A stretch of DNA of 63,098 bases from an uncultured Verrucomicrobiales bacterium (GTDB lineage: Bacteria > Verrucomicrobiota > Verrucomicrobiia > Verrucomicrobiales > DEV007): assembly GCA_938091905.1 (NCBI GenBank), contig CALKOM010000096.1, positions 1 to 63,098 of the forward strand, given 5' to 3'. The notes under the pieces were generated by a model. The model saw only the letters and a list, made by a program, of their open reading frames with translations, was not told where the DNA came from and made no database searches. This document shows positions 1 to 10,509 of the stretch, piece after piece (within the stretch, counting starts at the first letter, position 1; the number at the start of each line of letters is the position of its first letter). Both the position numbers and the translations under genes were made by a program.

Positions 1-747
1 CGCGCGAGCGGCACTCAGGTGGCCGGAGGTGCGTGGTTTGTCGATGGGCAACTTAGTCTGGATGGGCAGGATCGACTCACACTGGCGACAGCGCTGACGT
101 TTAGCAGTGAGAGTCGATTGAGTCTGGTGATCGGGGAGGACAGGGTGGATCTTCTGGATCCAGCGAGCATCGATATTTCAGGGTTAAACCTGGAATTACT
201 CATGCCGCCGGCTGCTTTTAAAGCGGGTGATGTCTTGTCCCTAGTCAATACGGCGGCCAATGCATCGGTTATCGGGAATTTTAAACTCCTTGGCGAGGGC
301 GCTGAGGTCTCGGCGGGTGCGGCGATTTATCGTGTGACGTATGTTGGTGGAGATGGAGATGATATTTGTGTAATGGCGTTGTTAGATTATGGGCAGTGGG
401 TGAATATGGTCTTTCCACCAACAGAACTTGACCGAGCTCCTGGAGATGATCCTGATAACGATGAATGGCCCAACGGATTAGCCTATCTGCTAGGGCTTGA
501 TCCGACCAATTTCGAAGAAGATCCTTACACTTTAGTTGTTGGCGAGACAGAGTCGGTTTTGTCTTATCCTCGTGCGTCCTTCTTGCCCGGCAACCTAGAG
601 GTGGTTGAATGGTCCCAGAATATGGTTGATTGGTTTCAGGCGACAGAGATTCCCGTCGAGAATGGCGGTGACGTGAGTTACACGATTCCATTTGGCGAGG
701 AGGGGGCCCGTCGATTCTTTCGAATCCGTATAGTGATCGCTCCCTAG
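1..747 (+). CDS. C-terminal part of a large secreted/surface protein (partial, begins before the window)
   Basis: The frame is open from base 1. Passenger-like beta strands (YRVTYVGGDGDDI) are followed by YGQW...DDPDNDEWPNGLAYLLGLDP and a C-terminal beta domain ending RRFFRIRIV. Confidence 0.8.
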   Translation, partial: RASGTQVAGGAWFVDGQLSLDGQDRLTLATALTFSSESRLSLVIGEDRVDLLDPASIDISGLNLELLMPPAAFKAGDVLSLVNTAANASVIGNFKLLGEGAEVSAGAAIYRVTYVGGDGDDICVMALLDYGQWVNMVFPPTELDRAPGDDPDNDEWPNGLAYLLGLDPTNFEEDPYTLVVGETESVLSYPRASFLPGNLEVVEWSQNMVDWFQATEIPVENGGDVSYTIPFGEEGARRFFRIRIVIAP

Positions 748-762
748 CCTTCCCGAGACGGT

Positions 763-1932
763 CTAGGAAGTTTCAGGCCGAAGGCGATCGGCTGAAGCCT
801 TCATCAGGTCATACATTTCTTCAAGGCGCTTTGGAGGATCAGCCAACTTCTGATTGCTAGTCAGCGATGCCAGTGAGTCTTTGTCGTACGGATCGAATCC
901 GTGCATGCCTTTGAGAGTTGTTTCTCCCATGAAGCTGGGGCAGAGTAGAACACCTGGGTCTAGCAAGAAGAAGAGCTCGCCATAGAGGTCGTCTTTGAAG
1001 TCGCAACCGTAGTCGGCGAGTGTGGCTTGATCAAGAATCTTGCCACGTGGCTCTTCTCCCAATGCTTCCGCAATGGACTTGCGGGCGTTTTCGTTGAAGA
1101 ACCAGAAACGTGCCATGGTGGAATCGTAAACGGCCGCGTAGTCCTTCCCGAACGTGAAACCAAGCGCATTAATTCGGCTGATAAGATCACAATTGTCGAT
1201 CGTGTTTGTCATGCCGTGGTCCGAGAAGACATAGAATTCCACGTCGTCATAGTTCTGATTAACGAGGTCGAGTGTTTGCCGCAAGCGCTTGTCATACCAG
1301 GAGACACTGGAGTCAACTTCAGGCCCCTGGGTGCCGTGCTCGTGCATGACTGCGTCAATATCTCCCAGGAAGAGGTAGGCAAACTCGATCTCCCGTTTGG
1401 GAAGATCCGCTTCGAGAGCCTCGATCCTTTGAATCTCGGGCAAACGCCAATTTGAGGCATGAAAGGGGATACCGCGCGCTTCGAGGTATTCAAAGATGAT
1501 GGAGGCGCCGCTATTGATTCCTCCAGGCTTATAAATATCTCGTTTCTCCGTGTGATCGAATAGCGATAGATGCTTGAACGGCATGTTGTAGATCTGAAAG
1601 TAACCCGTGATGCCGTAAAATTTGCCTATGAAGCGGCTCATGAGCTGGCGCACTCGACCCCGTCTGGTGAGCGATTTAGGAAGGAAATCGAGCCATTTGC
1701 AGATCGCGAACGGGGAATCCTTGGGGTTGTAGCGGAAGAAGGAGAAGTGCTCGTGCTCCTGCGGAAGCTTGCCTGTGAGGATGCTGGGATCACAGGATGA
1801 ACTGTAACCAAAGATGGTGCCGAGCGGTTCCTTCGTCCTCGCCAAATCGTTAAGAAAGGGGCGCTCTTTGATGACTTCCCAACCGAGAGCGTCAATGAAG
1901 ATGTAGAGAGCGAGCTTGTCTTTCTTCGGCAT
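763..1932 (-). CDS. Alkaline phosphatase superfamily protein (type I phosphodiesterase/nucleotide pyrophosphatase)
   Basis: Metal-ligand motifs FIDALGW, ILTGKLPQEH, DIDAVMHEHG, FSDHGM and GMHGF. Confidence 0.85.
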   Translation of the reverse strand: MPKKDKLALYIFIDALGWEVIKERPFLNDLARTKEPLGTIFGYSSSCDPSILTGKLPQEHEHFSFFRYNPKDSPFAICKWLDFLPKSLTRRGRVRQLMSRFIGKFYGITGYFQIYNMPFKHLSLFDHTEKRDIYKPGGINSGASIIFEYLEARGIPFHASNWRLPEIQRIEALEADLPKREIEFAYLFLGDIDAVMHEHGTQGPEVDSSVSWYDKRLRQTLDLVNQNYDDVEFYVFSDHGMTNTIDNCDLISRINALGFTFGKDYAAVYDSTMARFWFFNENARKSIAEALGEEPRGKILDQATLADYGCDFKDDLYGELFFLLDPGVLLCPSFMGETTLKGMHGFDPYDKDSLASLTSNQKLADPPKRLEEMYDLMKASADRLRPETS

Positions 1933-2112
1933 CGTTTGTGGCCAACGATCTATTCTAAATACCGTGATAGCAATAAAAATGATGCGTTGATTTATAGATT
2001 ATGGGTGCTGGCCAAATGGCTGACCTTCTGATCATCCCAAGTGTCCTGGTAGGAAAGGTGTCTGATTCTAGATTTGAGCGGGGATCTTCTAGTAGATCAC
2101 GTCTTGCCCGCC

Positions 2113-2941
2113 ATGTCCGAAGCAGCCGACCTTCTTGCCCAGTTTCGTCTTTTACTGGATCGATATCTCCCAGTGGTGATGGCGGCGGCTCTTACGTGTT
2201 TGGGAGGCGATCAGCAACTGGAAGAAGATGCCGCACAGCTTGTCTTAAGGGGCCTTGCAGAGAAGGCGCCGACACTAGCGAAGGATATTCCTCATTGCAC
2301 GCTTGGCTTTATCGTCATGCCTTTCACCCGGCGTCGAGATTGGCACGAAGTGAACGGAGAAGGGCCAAACGAGAGACAAATTATGCTACCACTGCCATGG
2401 ACGAAACAGATGCTAATGCAGATGGACTTTCGGACATTCTACCAAGATTGCTGTTAGGATTGTCAGCGTCTGATAGAGATTTGGTCATCACTCGCTTTTT
2501 CGAACAGCTGAGTATTCGGACTATAGACGAAACTCGTTCGATCAGCGAAGATACAGCACAGAAGCGTGTCTCGCGTGCCCTGGAACGGCTGCGAAAGGAG
2601 CTGGCCGCAATGGGAATCACGAGTTCGATGGCATTGCATGCTGATTTGTTAGCGAGGCAATGGGTGCCACCCCCATTGCCCGCGCTTTTTGCTCGTATCT
2701 TGTCGAAATGTCAGCCCTCGATGGTTACTGGCTCAACGTCGTTTCTGGGGATTGGGGGAAGCAGGTGATCGTGATCGCTGACGTTCTAGTAGTGGTTGCA
2801 GCCGGGGGGCTTGTATGGCGGCATGATGGGCGTCAAATTGTTGAGGATGTTGATTCAATCAGCTTCAATGCGGGTTTGAGTGAAAGTAAGAACATTGTGC
2901 TGGTGAAACGAGTTTTGAGGCGAAGTAAGAGGCATCGCTAG
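2113..2941 (+). pseudogene. Frameshifted ECF sigma-70 factor with C-terminal extension
   Basis: Region 2 (LLDRYLPVVMAAALTCLGGDQQLEEDAAQLVLRGLAEKA) lies in the frame of ATG 2113. After a shift near 2285, LHAWLYRHA..RSERRRAKRE and region 4 (RDLVITRFFEQLS..SISEDTAQKRVSRALERLRKEL) lie in another frame. The tail is fragmented. Confidence 0.75.
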
Positions 2942-3237
2942 AAGCCCATATCGTGGATGCGACGGAAGCTGTCACCCGCGTTCTTGTAACGGCGACCGAC
3001 AATTATAGGCGTCAGCTGAGGGGCCACCAGGCCTTGACGGAACAAGGAGACGTGAAGGGGGCAGACGGCAAAGGCGGGAGCAAAGCAGAGCGAAGGTGCC
3101 AGAAGCTGGGGCCTCTTGACGTCCAGGTGACGACTAGTAAGTGGATGGATGTGCTTGTAACGGTTAGATGGGAGCTGTCTTCATAGGCGCTGAGAATTTC
3201 CCTTGGCGGCGGAGGGGAGACGTCCTAGGTAGGTCTT

Positions 3238-4407
3238 ATGCGTCTTCAGCACGACCTTCATCTAGCCTACTGCACCAATATCCACCGGGGCGAGAACTGG
3301 GCGGAAACCTTTGCTGGCCTCAAAGCGCACACGTTGCGGGTCAAGGCAGCTGTGTGTCCAGACGCGCCCTATGCCATTGGGTTGCGATTGAGTGCAGTCG
3401 CGGCAGAAGAGTTGAGTGAACCTGGGACTCTGCAGGCATTCCAAGATTGGTTGGAAGAACATCAGTGTTATGTCTTCACGGTGAACGGATTTCCTTACGG
3501 GAAGTTTCATGGTGGCAAGGTGAAGGAGCAGGTATATCGGCCTGATTGGACAACGCGGGAGCGGGTTAATTACACGAAGAAGCTCTTTGACCTCTTAGCG
3601 CGGTTGGTGCCAGACGGCGTGGCTGCTAGTGTGAGTACGTCGCCTGCTTCCTTCAAAGACTTTGGGATTGAAGAAGCGGACCGCCAGTTGATGAGGAAAC
3701 ACTACCGCGAGGTCGGGCTTTACATTGCTGAGGTCAGCGAGCGGACTGGAAGAGACCTCCATCTTGGCATCGAACCGGAGCCACTGTGCACGTTGGAGAC
3801 GAGCGAAGAGACCGTTGCCTTTCTCTTGGAGACGTTTGCGGACTTTCCCGACGACGAGAGTGTTCTGCGCCGAAGGTTGGGGATCAATTATGATTGTTGT
3901 CATCTGGCCGTGGAGTTCGAGGAAGCTTCCGAAGCCTTAGGGCGAATTGAGAAGGCGGGTATCCGGATGAGTAAGATTCATCTGAGTTCGGCGCTTCGAC
4001 TCAAACCAACGACGGCTTTGCTAGATCAGTTACGTGCGTTTCAGGAAGATATTTACCTGCACCAGACGATTGTTCGTCAGGCAGACGGGACTCTCCATCG
4101 GTTCTCTGACCTTGGGCCGGCTTTGGATTGGGCCGCGACGTCGGATGATCCTGGCGAGGAATGGCGCGTTCACTTTCATATTCCGCTTCACCATGATCCT
4201 ACTGAGGGCCTTCTGAGCACGGCAGATCAAATGGAAGCCACGCTAGATTGGTTAGGTCAGAAGCCCTCACGTTGTCAGCACCTGGAAATGGAGACCTATA
4301 CCTGGGAAGTGCTTCCACCAGAACTGCGGCAAGGTGAAGTCGTCGATCAGTTAGTTAAAGAGTATGATTGGTGCTTGAATCAGCTGAAACTGCGTGAGCT
4401 AGCTTAA
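3238..4407 (+). CDS. eboE: Metabolite traffic protein EboE (xylose-isomerase-like TIM barrel)
   Basis: Family motifs YCTNIH, FTVNGFPYGKFH..VKEQVYRPDW, EPEP, KIHLSSAL, YLHQ, WRVHFHIPL and HLEMETYTWEVLP. Confidence 0.9.
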   Translation: MRLQHDLHLAYCTNIHRGENWAETFAGLKAHTLRVKAAVCPDAPYAIGLRLSAVAAEELSEPGTLQAFQDWLEEHQCYVFTVNGFPYGKFHGGKVKEQVYRPDWTTRERVNYTKKLFDLLARLVPDGVAASVSTSPASFKDFGIEEADRQLMRKHYREVGLYIAEVSERTGRDLHLGIEPEPLCTLETSEETVAFLLETFADFPDDESVLRRRLGINYDCCHLAVEFEEASEALGRIEKAGIRMSKIHLSSALRLKPTTALLDQLRAFQEDIYLHQTIVRQADGTLHRFSDLGPALDWAATSDDPGEEWRVHFHIPLHHDPTEGLLSTADQMEATLDWLGQKPSRCQHLEMETYTWEVLPPELRQGEVVDQLVKEYDWCLNQLKLRELA

Positions 4408-4527
4408 AACTGACTACTTTTTGATTCTGATGAGTAGCCAGTCGGTAGCGAATCATAGGGGGCTCCAAGGCAGATGATGCGGGTACGGATAAGCGTGAAT
4501 TCTCGCCGAGGGGTCTTCCTGGCCAGG

Positions 4528-4548
4528 GCTTGGGCAAGCTGCCCAAGC
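4528..4548 (+). promoter_or_regulatory. Perfect 9-bp inverted repeat (possible terminator/operator) between eboE and the UbiA gene
   Basis: GCTTGGGCA-AGC-TGCCCAAGC followed by TTCCTT. Confidence 0.35.
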
Positions 4549-4583
4549 TTCCTTACGTTGAGTTCTAACACCGTGGAGTTGTC

Positions 4584-5444
4584 ATGAAGGCGTTGCGTGC
4601 CTGGTTGATTCTCGGTCGGGTATCGAACCTTCCCACCGTGTGGACCAATGTGCTTGTGGCTTGGCTGTTGTCAGGCGGGGCCTTTACTTGGAGTGCGGCT
4701 CTCGGCTGGATGTTGGCGGGGGCGAGTTTGCTCTACGTGGGGGGGACGACTCTCAATGATTTCTTTGATGTCGCCTTCGATCGCGAATTTCGGAAAGAAC
4801 GCCCGATTCCTTCTGGTGTGCTTTCGCGGAGGACGGTGGGTGTGGGTTGCTTGCTCTACTTTGTTGGGGGAATCGCTGCAATTCTGGTAGGTGCGCAGGG
4901 CTCTTGGATCTTCCTCGCCTGTCTCATCGTCGCTATCGTGCTTTATGACTATCGCCACAAGGAGTGGGCAGGCTCTGTGTTTGTTATGGGAGGGTGCCGG
5001 TTCTTTCTGAGTTTGGTAGCGGCATCATGTGTCGCCTCGGGCATCGCTTGGCCGGTTTGGATTCATGCAGTGACGTTGTTCGCTTACATTGTTGGTTTAA
5101 GTTTCACGGCGAGAGGAGAGAGTCGTTCCCAGTCTGTGATACGTTGGCCGCTAGGCCTGTTGGCCTTGCCTCTTTGCGGAGCAGTTTGGCTTGGGGTGTC
5201 AGGTTTCTCGTGGCCACTTGCGTCAGCCTGCGGGCTCTTTCTCGGGGCAGTCTCGATGAGCTTGCGACTGCTCAAGCAGGGAGAAGACTCAGCCCGGATT
5301 GGGAAATCAGTCGCTTTGATGCTGGCCACGATTGCTTTGGCTGATGCCATGTTTCTTGCGGAATTTGGAGCGGTTCCTGCAATGCTGGGTGTGGCAGTTT
5401 TTTTCATGGCGCTGTTCTTCCAGCGTATGGTTCCCGCTACTTGA
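4584..5444 (+). CDS. UbiA family prenyltransferase (EboC-like)
   Basis: GRVSNLPTVWTNVL, NDFFDVAFDREFRKERPIPSG, YD..HK and MGGCR motifs; multiple TM helices; adjacent to eboE. Confidence 0.85.
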   Translation: MKALRAWLILGRVSNLPTVWTNVLVAWLLSGGAFTWSAALGWMLAGASLLYVGGTTLNDFFDVAFDREFRKERPIPSGVLSRRTVGVGCLLYFVGGIAAILVGAQGSWIFLACLIVAIVLYDYRHKEWAGSVFVMGGCRFFLSLVAASCVASGIAWPVWIHAVTLFAYIVGLSFTARGESRSQSVIRWPLGLLALPLCGAVWLGVSGFSWPLASACGLFLGAVSMSLRLLKQGEDSARIGKSVALMLATIALADAMFLAEFGAVPAMLGVAVFFMALFFQRMVPAT

Positions 5445-5496
5445 AACTGTCGAGATTCGGCTGGCCTGCTCTTTGTTGAAGCGCTAAGAGATTTCT

Positions 5497-7005
5497 ATGG
5501 TCCGAATAATCGCTACTGCTCTTCTGCTTATTTCCTTGCTGGGCTGTCTGCATGCGCAAGGCATTGCTGCGAGCCGTCCTAACATCGTGTTTATGATGGC
5601 GGATGACATGGGGTGGGCGCAACCTGGCTTCAATGGTGGTGGGCCTGACATCACACCTCACATTGACAAACTGGCCACTGAAGGGACTAAACTAACGCAG
5701 TTTTACACGCACTCCGTGTGCTCACCGACTCGTGCTGCGTTCATGACGGGACGGTATGCCTTTCGCTCGTGGATGGACTGGCGGACTGAAGACTTTGGAA
5801 AGCCGAGTTACTTGGCGAAGCTTGGTCTTACGCTAGCGCACAATGAGCGAGGAGAACCAACGCGGCGGATCCACGGATTGGATGCTGGTGAACGGACGAT
5901 AGGCGACGCATTAAAAGAAGCCGGTTACTTCACCGCGCTCGTTGGGAAATGGCATCTTGGTGAGTGGTTGAAAGAGCACTTGCCGATGCAGCGTGGTTTC
6001 ATGCACCAGTACGGGCACTATGCCTGGGGGATCGATTACAATACGTATACCATTGAGCACAACGCGCCTGCTCGCTTTGCGGTCTACGATTGGCATCGCA
6101 ATGAGAAACCATTGCAAGAAGAAGGTTATGCCACCGATCTCTTTGCCGCGGAAGCGGAGCGGGTGATTGCCAAGCAGACGAAGGACAAGCCGTTCTTTCT
6201 CTACGTGCCATTCAATGCCGTGCACGGACCGCTGAATAAGCCGCCGCGTTATACGGGGCTTGATGTGCGTAGCGCGATGCTCAAATGCATGGATGATGCC
6301 GTTGGCCGTATTGTCAGTGCGATCGATAAGCAGGGCTTGAAGGAGAACACGTTGGTGATCTTCACGAACGATAACGGGCCTGTGCTAGAAGAGATGAGCA
6401 AACCCTATCGAGGTGCCAAGAATACGACTTTCGAAGGTGGTGTGCGCGTGCCTTGTGTCATGCGTTGGCCTGGGAAGACCAAGCCTGGTTCGAGTGCGGA
6501 TGGTATGATGTTTGTCTCCGATTGGTTTGCGACCTTTGTTGAACTTGCGGGAGGCAGCCTCAAGCAAGATCACCCGCTGGACGCTCACGACATGTCGGAG
6601 ATGATCTTCAATGGAAAGTCGAGCCCACGGACAGAGATCATTTTTGAGGTTAGTGGCAGTGTGCGAACCCCGACCATTCGTAGTGGCGATTTCAAGCTCA
6701 TGGGGGATCTGCTCTACAATGTGGTCAACGATCCGAGCGAGAAGGAGGACATTGCTGCGAAGCATCCTGACGTCGTGGCCAAGCTCAAGGCTCGGTTGGA
6801 GGAAGTCGGCAAACAACGGCCACCACTGGGTGACAAGCCCCTCCTTATGGACCCGCCATTGCCCTACATCTATGGCATCGATGAGAACAAGGAGCCTGCG
6901 GCCTGGTTAGTGAAGCATGTGAAAGCAATCCGAGCTAAGCAACCACAAGAATGGGCGCCTGGTAAGACGCCATGGCCGCAAGCTCCGAAAGCACCGGTGA
7001 AGTAG
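5497..7005 (+). CDS. Arylsulfatase (formylglycine-dependent S1 sulfatase), secreted
   Basis: Signal peptide; PNIVFMMADDMG, CSPTRAAFMTGR, GKWHLG and NDNG motifs. Confidence 0.92.
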   Translation: MVRIIATALLLISLLGCLHAQGIAASRPNIVFMMADDMGWAQPGFNGGGPDITPHIDKLATEGTKLTQFYTHSVCSPTRAAFMTGRYAFRSWMDWRTEDFGKPSYLAKLGLTLAHNERGEPTRRIHGLDAGERTIGDALKEAGYFTALVGKWHLGEWLKEHLPMQRGFMHQYGHYAWGIDYNTYTIEHNAPARFAVYDWHRNEKPLQEEGYATDLFAAEAERVIAKQTKDKPFFLYVPFNAVHGPLNKPPRYTGLDVRSAMLKCMDDAVGRIVSAIDKQGLKENTLVIFTNDNGPVLEEMSKPYRGAKNTTFEGGVRVPCVMRWPGKTKPGSSADGMMFVSDWFATFVELAGGSLKQDHPLDAHDMSEMIFNGKSSPRTEIIFEVSGSVRTPTIRSGDFKLMGDLLYNVVNDPSEKEDIAAKHPDVVAKLKARLEEVGKQRPPLGDKPLLMDPPLPYIYGIDENKEPAAWLVKHVKAIRAKQPQEWAPGKTPWPQAPKAPVK

Positions 7006-7185
7006 GTCCGAGTTAGTGAATGAGCCTGGCCCGGTAGCCGTCCGTTCGCAGGAAGCGTTTACGATTGGTCTTTTCATTGGCTGGCCACAGCTCAGTGAAG
7101 GAAGGCCCTTGGCTCGAAGGTTTGCGGTCGAACGGAAATGGGCCCAGATATCATCTGAGATCGATGATTGCCCTGCATTCAGGTG

Positions 7186-8526
7186 TTACCAGCTTTCTCG
7201 AATCGCCGTTTTTTGAGAGTCATCGAGTCGGAATTCAATCAGCATGGCTTCTGCTTTTGATGGGGTAGTTTGATCGATTACTCGAGAGGTATTGGCGACG
7301 AGATCAACATGTTCATCTTTAGCGGTCACCTCGGCTGCCCAGAGCAGCGCGGCTTCGGGGGCTTCTCTTAGAATGCTCTTTGCCATGCCCACGATCGCCG
7401 CTCCGTGATACGGATGATCGGAACGGGAATCCACCCCTTCGGAGGCTTCTTGGTGAGATCTCTCCGTCCAGGCTTGGATGATTTGTTTGATCGTAAGGTA
7501 AGCGTCTTTGGCAGGACTGAGGTAGTCAAGCAGGTCGAGGGGAGGGAGTTTGTCCCACTCCCAGGGGATTGTCTTCTGCGGCTCAGAGAATTGCCCTAAA
7601 CAAGGGCTGAGGGATTATCTGTTAGATTGATAGGTCGTCCAAATAGTCTTCTGCTGACTTGGCGAGTTGTGAGAGACTTGCTTGAACGATCGGATCAGTT
7701 TCCTCGGTTTTGATTCGGGTAAGGTTGCCACTGAAAGGCGATTCGGGGGGGAGGTGATCGGTGTAATTCTGGAGCCGAGCGAGGTGTAGATGAGGCGCAA
7801 TGACCCCAAGTCAAGACAATGCCAACGGGGTAGACAATGTAAACGAGCGCGCGTTTGGTCATGATGCTACTCAACGACCTTATCGAAGGTGACTTATTGG
7901 CCATTCAAACGAAGGCTGTTGCGCGCATCGGCTGCCTCCTGGTCATTCAAAACGTAAACGCCGGTGAGTTTGGCGAGTTGTTGATAGGGTTGGAAGCCGT
8001 GAGCAGCCCAGGTCTGGGTGAGGATCGACGGATCTCGAAGACGTTGTATCTATTGGATAGCTTTTTCCGGTTCGGCGTGTGCTAGTGTAGGAACGATTCC
8101 CTGAATGGCTCTGCTGAGGTGAGGGATGTTCTTGTGATGGGCGAGCCATTCGTTGGCTTCAGCAGGTTCATCGTGTGACCACTGTGCCCTGATAGAACGG
8201 AGTAGTGGGCCGTGATTTGGTGTCGAGTTTCGACCCCATAGTGTTGCCGTCGCCTTGGGATTCATTGCTATTTACTGCGTGAGGTCTTTAGAAGGACGTG
8301 GCTCAACAGGCTTTGATAGTGCGTCCCCGAGATTCTGAATTTCAGCAGGCGTGGAATGCAGCCTGTTCGGCATGCGGGAGCTCAGCAGTGACGCAGATCT
8401 AGATCCTGGGACAACGCTGGGAGCGCTGCTCTTCAGGTGAAGAGCCCGGCCGCTTCCCCATAAGCCAACCCCACAAGCCAACCCCAGTGCAATCAGGCAG
8501 AGGCAGTGGAAAGAGAGCCTACGCAT
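7186..8526 (-). pseudogene. Degraded secreted helical-repeat protein
   Basis: Signal-like start MRRLSFHCLCLIALG, then in-frame stops at 8272-8274 and 8050-8052. Fragments carry W..xP.(A)A..W repeats (QWSHDEPAEANEWL, AEPEKAIQ*, REAPEAALLWAAEV). Confidence 0.55.
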
Positions 8527-8621
8527 GGGAGAATCTAGTCGCGTGTGGAGTCGCCTTGCAACTTCCATCGAGGATGGCGGATCTTGCTTTCCAAGATCAG
8601 AGTCGGCGTTACCATCCTTGC

Positions 8622-10499
8622 ATGAGACGACTGATCATTGGATTGGCTACCCTGGGGATGATTTCTGGGCTGACAGCTCAGGAAGCGATGCCTTTTGGCG
8701 AGAGGTTTAAGAATCTCGATGGCCTAGCTACAGGAAAGTGGTGGCAGAAAGATGCCGCGACATTGAAGAAGCGACGGGCCAAGAACTTTATCGAGATGAA
8801 GGTACCGCGTGATGAGGTCGTGGCCTTTGCGGTTTACACGGTCTCGCAGGGAGCACTGAAGATGTCAGCCCAGCTCTTCCCCCTGATGCCCAATGAGGCG
8901 AAGGAAGTTCGACTGGAAACGATGGCGGAGGATGGTTCCTGGAAAGAGATGGCGAAGGCGGACGTGATTGAGTTGGGTTGGAGCGCGCATTTCCGCGTGG
9001 CTGGTTGGGATACCACGGAGTCGGTTGCCTATCGGGTGCGACACGGGGAGAAGGCGATGTTCCAAGGGGCGGTGCGTCGGGATCCTATCGACAAGGACGT
9101 GATCGTGGTGGGGAATCTTTCCTGTAATTCGAGTAGCACCCCTGGGGCGCGCGCCAACATTGTGGCGAATTTGCTGAAACAGGATCCGGATCTACTCTTC
9201 TTTGCGGGGGATCAAACCTATCATCACACCGAGCACACGGCTGGTTGGTTGCAGTTTGGATTGCAGTTTCGCGATATTCTCAAGGACCGTCCTGTCATTA
9301 CCATTCCAGACGATCATGATGTGGGGCAGGCAAATCTTTGGGGGGAGAGCGGAAAACAGGCGACGACGACAGCTGGGCCGGAAGGCGGATTCTTTTACCC
9401 TTCCAAATACGTCAATATGGTGCAGCGTCACCAGACGTGGCATTTGCCGGACCCGTATGATGCCACGCCGATCGAACGTGGGATAGGTGTTTATTACACA
9501 AGTATGAAGGTCGGAGGCGTGGATTTCGCGATATTGGAAGATCGCAAGTTTAAGAGTGGCCCTGACGGAAAGATTCCGAAGATGGGGCCGCGTCCAGATC
9601 ATATCAATGATCCGAAGTATGATCGTGAATCGGTTGACGTGAAAGGGCTCGTTCTCCTTGGGGAACGTCAACTAGACTTTCTCAAGGCTTGGGGACAAGA
9701 CTGGACCGGTGCCGATCTCAAGGCGGTTCTGTCGCAAACAGCGTTCTGCGGGGCTGTTCATATCCATGGTCAGCCGACGAACCGGTTGTTGGCGGACTTG
9801 GACTCGAATGCCTGGCCGCAGACTGGGCGCAACCGAGCCCTGCAAGCTATCAGACGGGCTTGGGCACCACATCTCTGTGGGGATCAGCACTTGGCGGTGG
9901 TTGTGAAGCATGGCATCGAAGCGCATGGTGACGGGCCTTACGCTTTCACTAGCCCTGCCATTGTGAATACGATTTATGGGCGATGGTGGCATCCTGAGGA
10001 TGAGAAGGCCGGGCCCAATCCGGTGCCGAACAGCAAGCTTCCATGGACGGGTGATTATCTCGATGGGCTTGGCAATAGGGTGAATATGATGGCCTATGCC
10101 AATCCTGCGGATCGTAGGGATGAGAAGCAGCGCTCGGATGGTCATGGCGTGGCACGTTTCGACAAGAAGACGAAGACCGTGACCTTCGAATGCTGGCCGC
10201 GATTCGCAGATGTTTCTGAAGGGGACAAGGTCCAGTATCCTGGCTGGCCTATTACCGTGAAGATGTCAGACAACGACGGGCGTGAAGTTGTTGGTCGACT
10301 CCCAGCGATCAATGTGCCGGGAATTGATCGGCCCGTGGTTCAGGTGCTGAATGAAGCGACGAATGACATTCTCTACACCGTCCGCGCTGAGACGGGGTTT
10401 GAACCGCCCGTGTACGCTGCGGGAAGTTACACAGTGAAAGTCGGGAAAGACCGGGCTGACACGGTAATTCTTGCAGGTCAACTCATTTCGAAATCCTAG
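8622..10499 (+). CDS. PhoD-like (alkaline phosphatase D) metallophosphoesterase, secreted
   Basis: Signal peptide from ATG 8622; LSCNS, PDLLFFAGDQTY, PDDHDVGQ, EDRKFK and CGDQH motifs. Confidence 0.8.
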   Translation: MRRLIIGLATLGMISGLTAQEAMPFGERFKNLDGLATGKWWQKDAATLKKRRAKNFIEMKVPRDEVVAFAVYTVSQGALKMSAQLFPLMPNEAKEVRLETMAEDGSWKEMAKADVIELGWSAHFRVAGWDTTESVAYRVRHGEKAMFQGAVRRDPIDKDVIVVGNLSCNSSSTPGARANIVANLLKQDPDLLFFAGDQTYHHTEHTAGWLQFGLQFRDILKDRPVITIPDDHDVGQANLWGESGKQATTTAGPEGGFFYPSKYVNMVQRHQTWHLPDPYDATPIERGIGVYYTSMKVGGVDFAILEDRKFKSGPDGKIPKMGPRPDHINDPKYDRESVDVKGLVLLGERQLDFLKAWGQDWTGADLKAVLSQTAFCGAVHIHGQPTNRLLADLDSNAWPQTGRNRALQAIRRAWAPHLCGDQHLAVVVKHGIEAHGDGPYAFTSPAIVNTIYGRWWHPEDEKAGPNPVPNSKLPWTGDYLDGLGNRVNMMAYANPADRRDEKQRSDGHGVARFDKKTKTVTFECWPRFADVSEGDKVQYPGWPITVKMSDNDGREVVGRLPAINVPGIDRPVVQVLNEATNDILYTVRAETGFEPPVYAAGSYTVKVGKDRADTVILAGQLISKS

Positions 10500-10509
10500 A
10501 CTTATTTTC

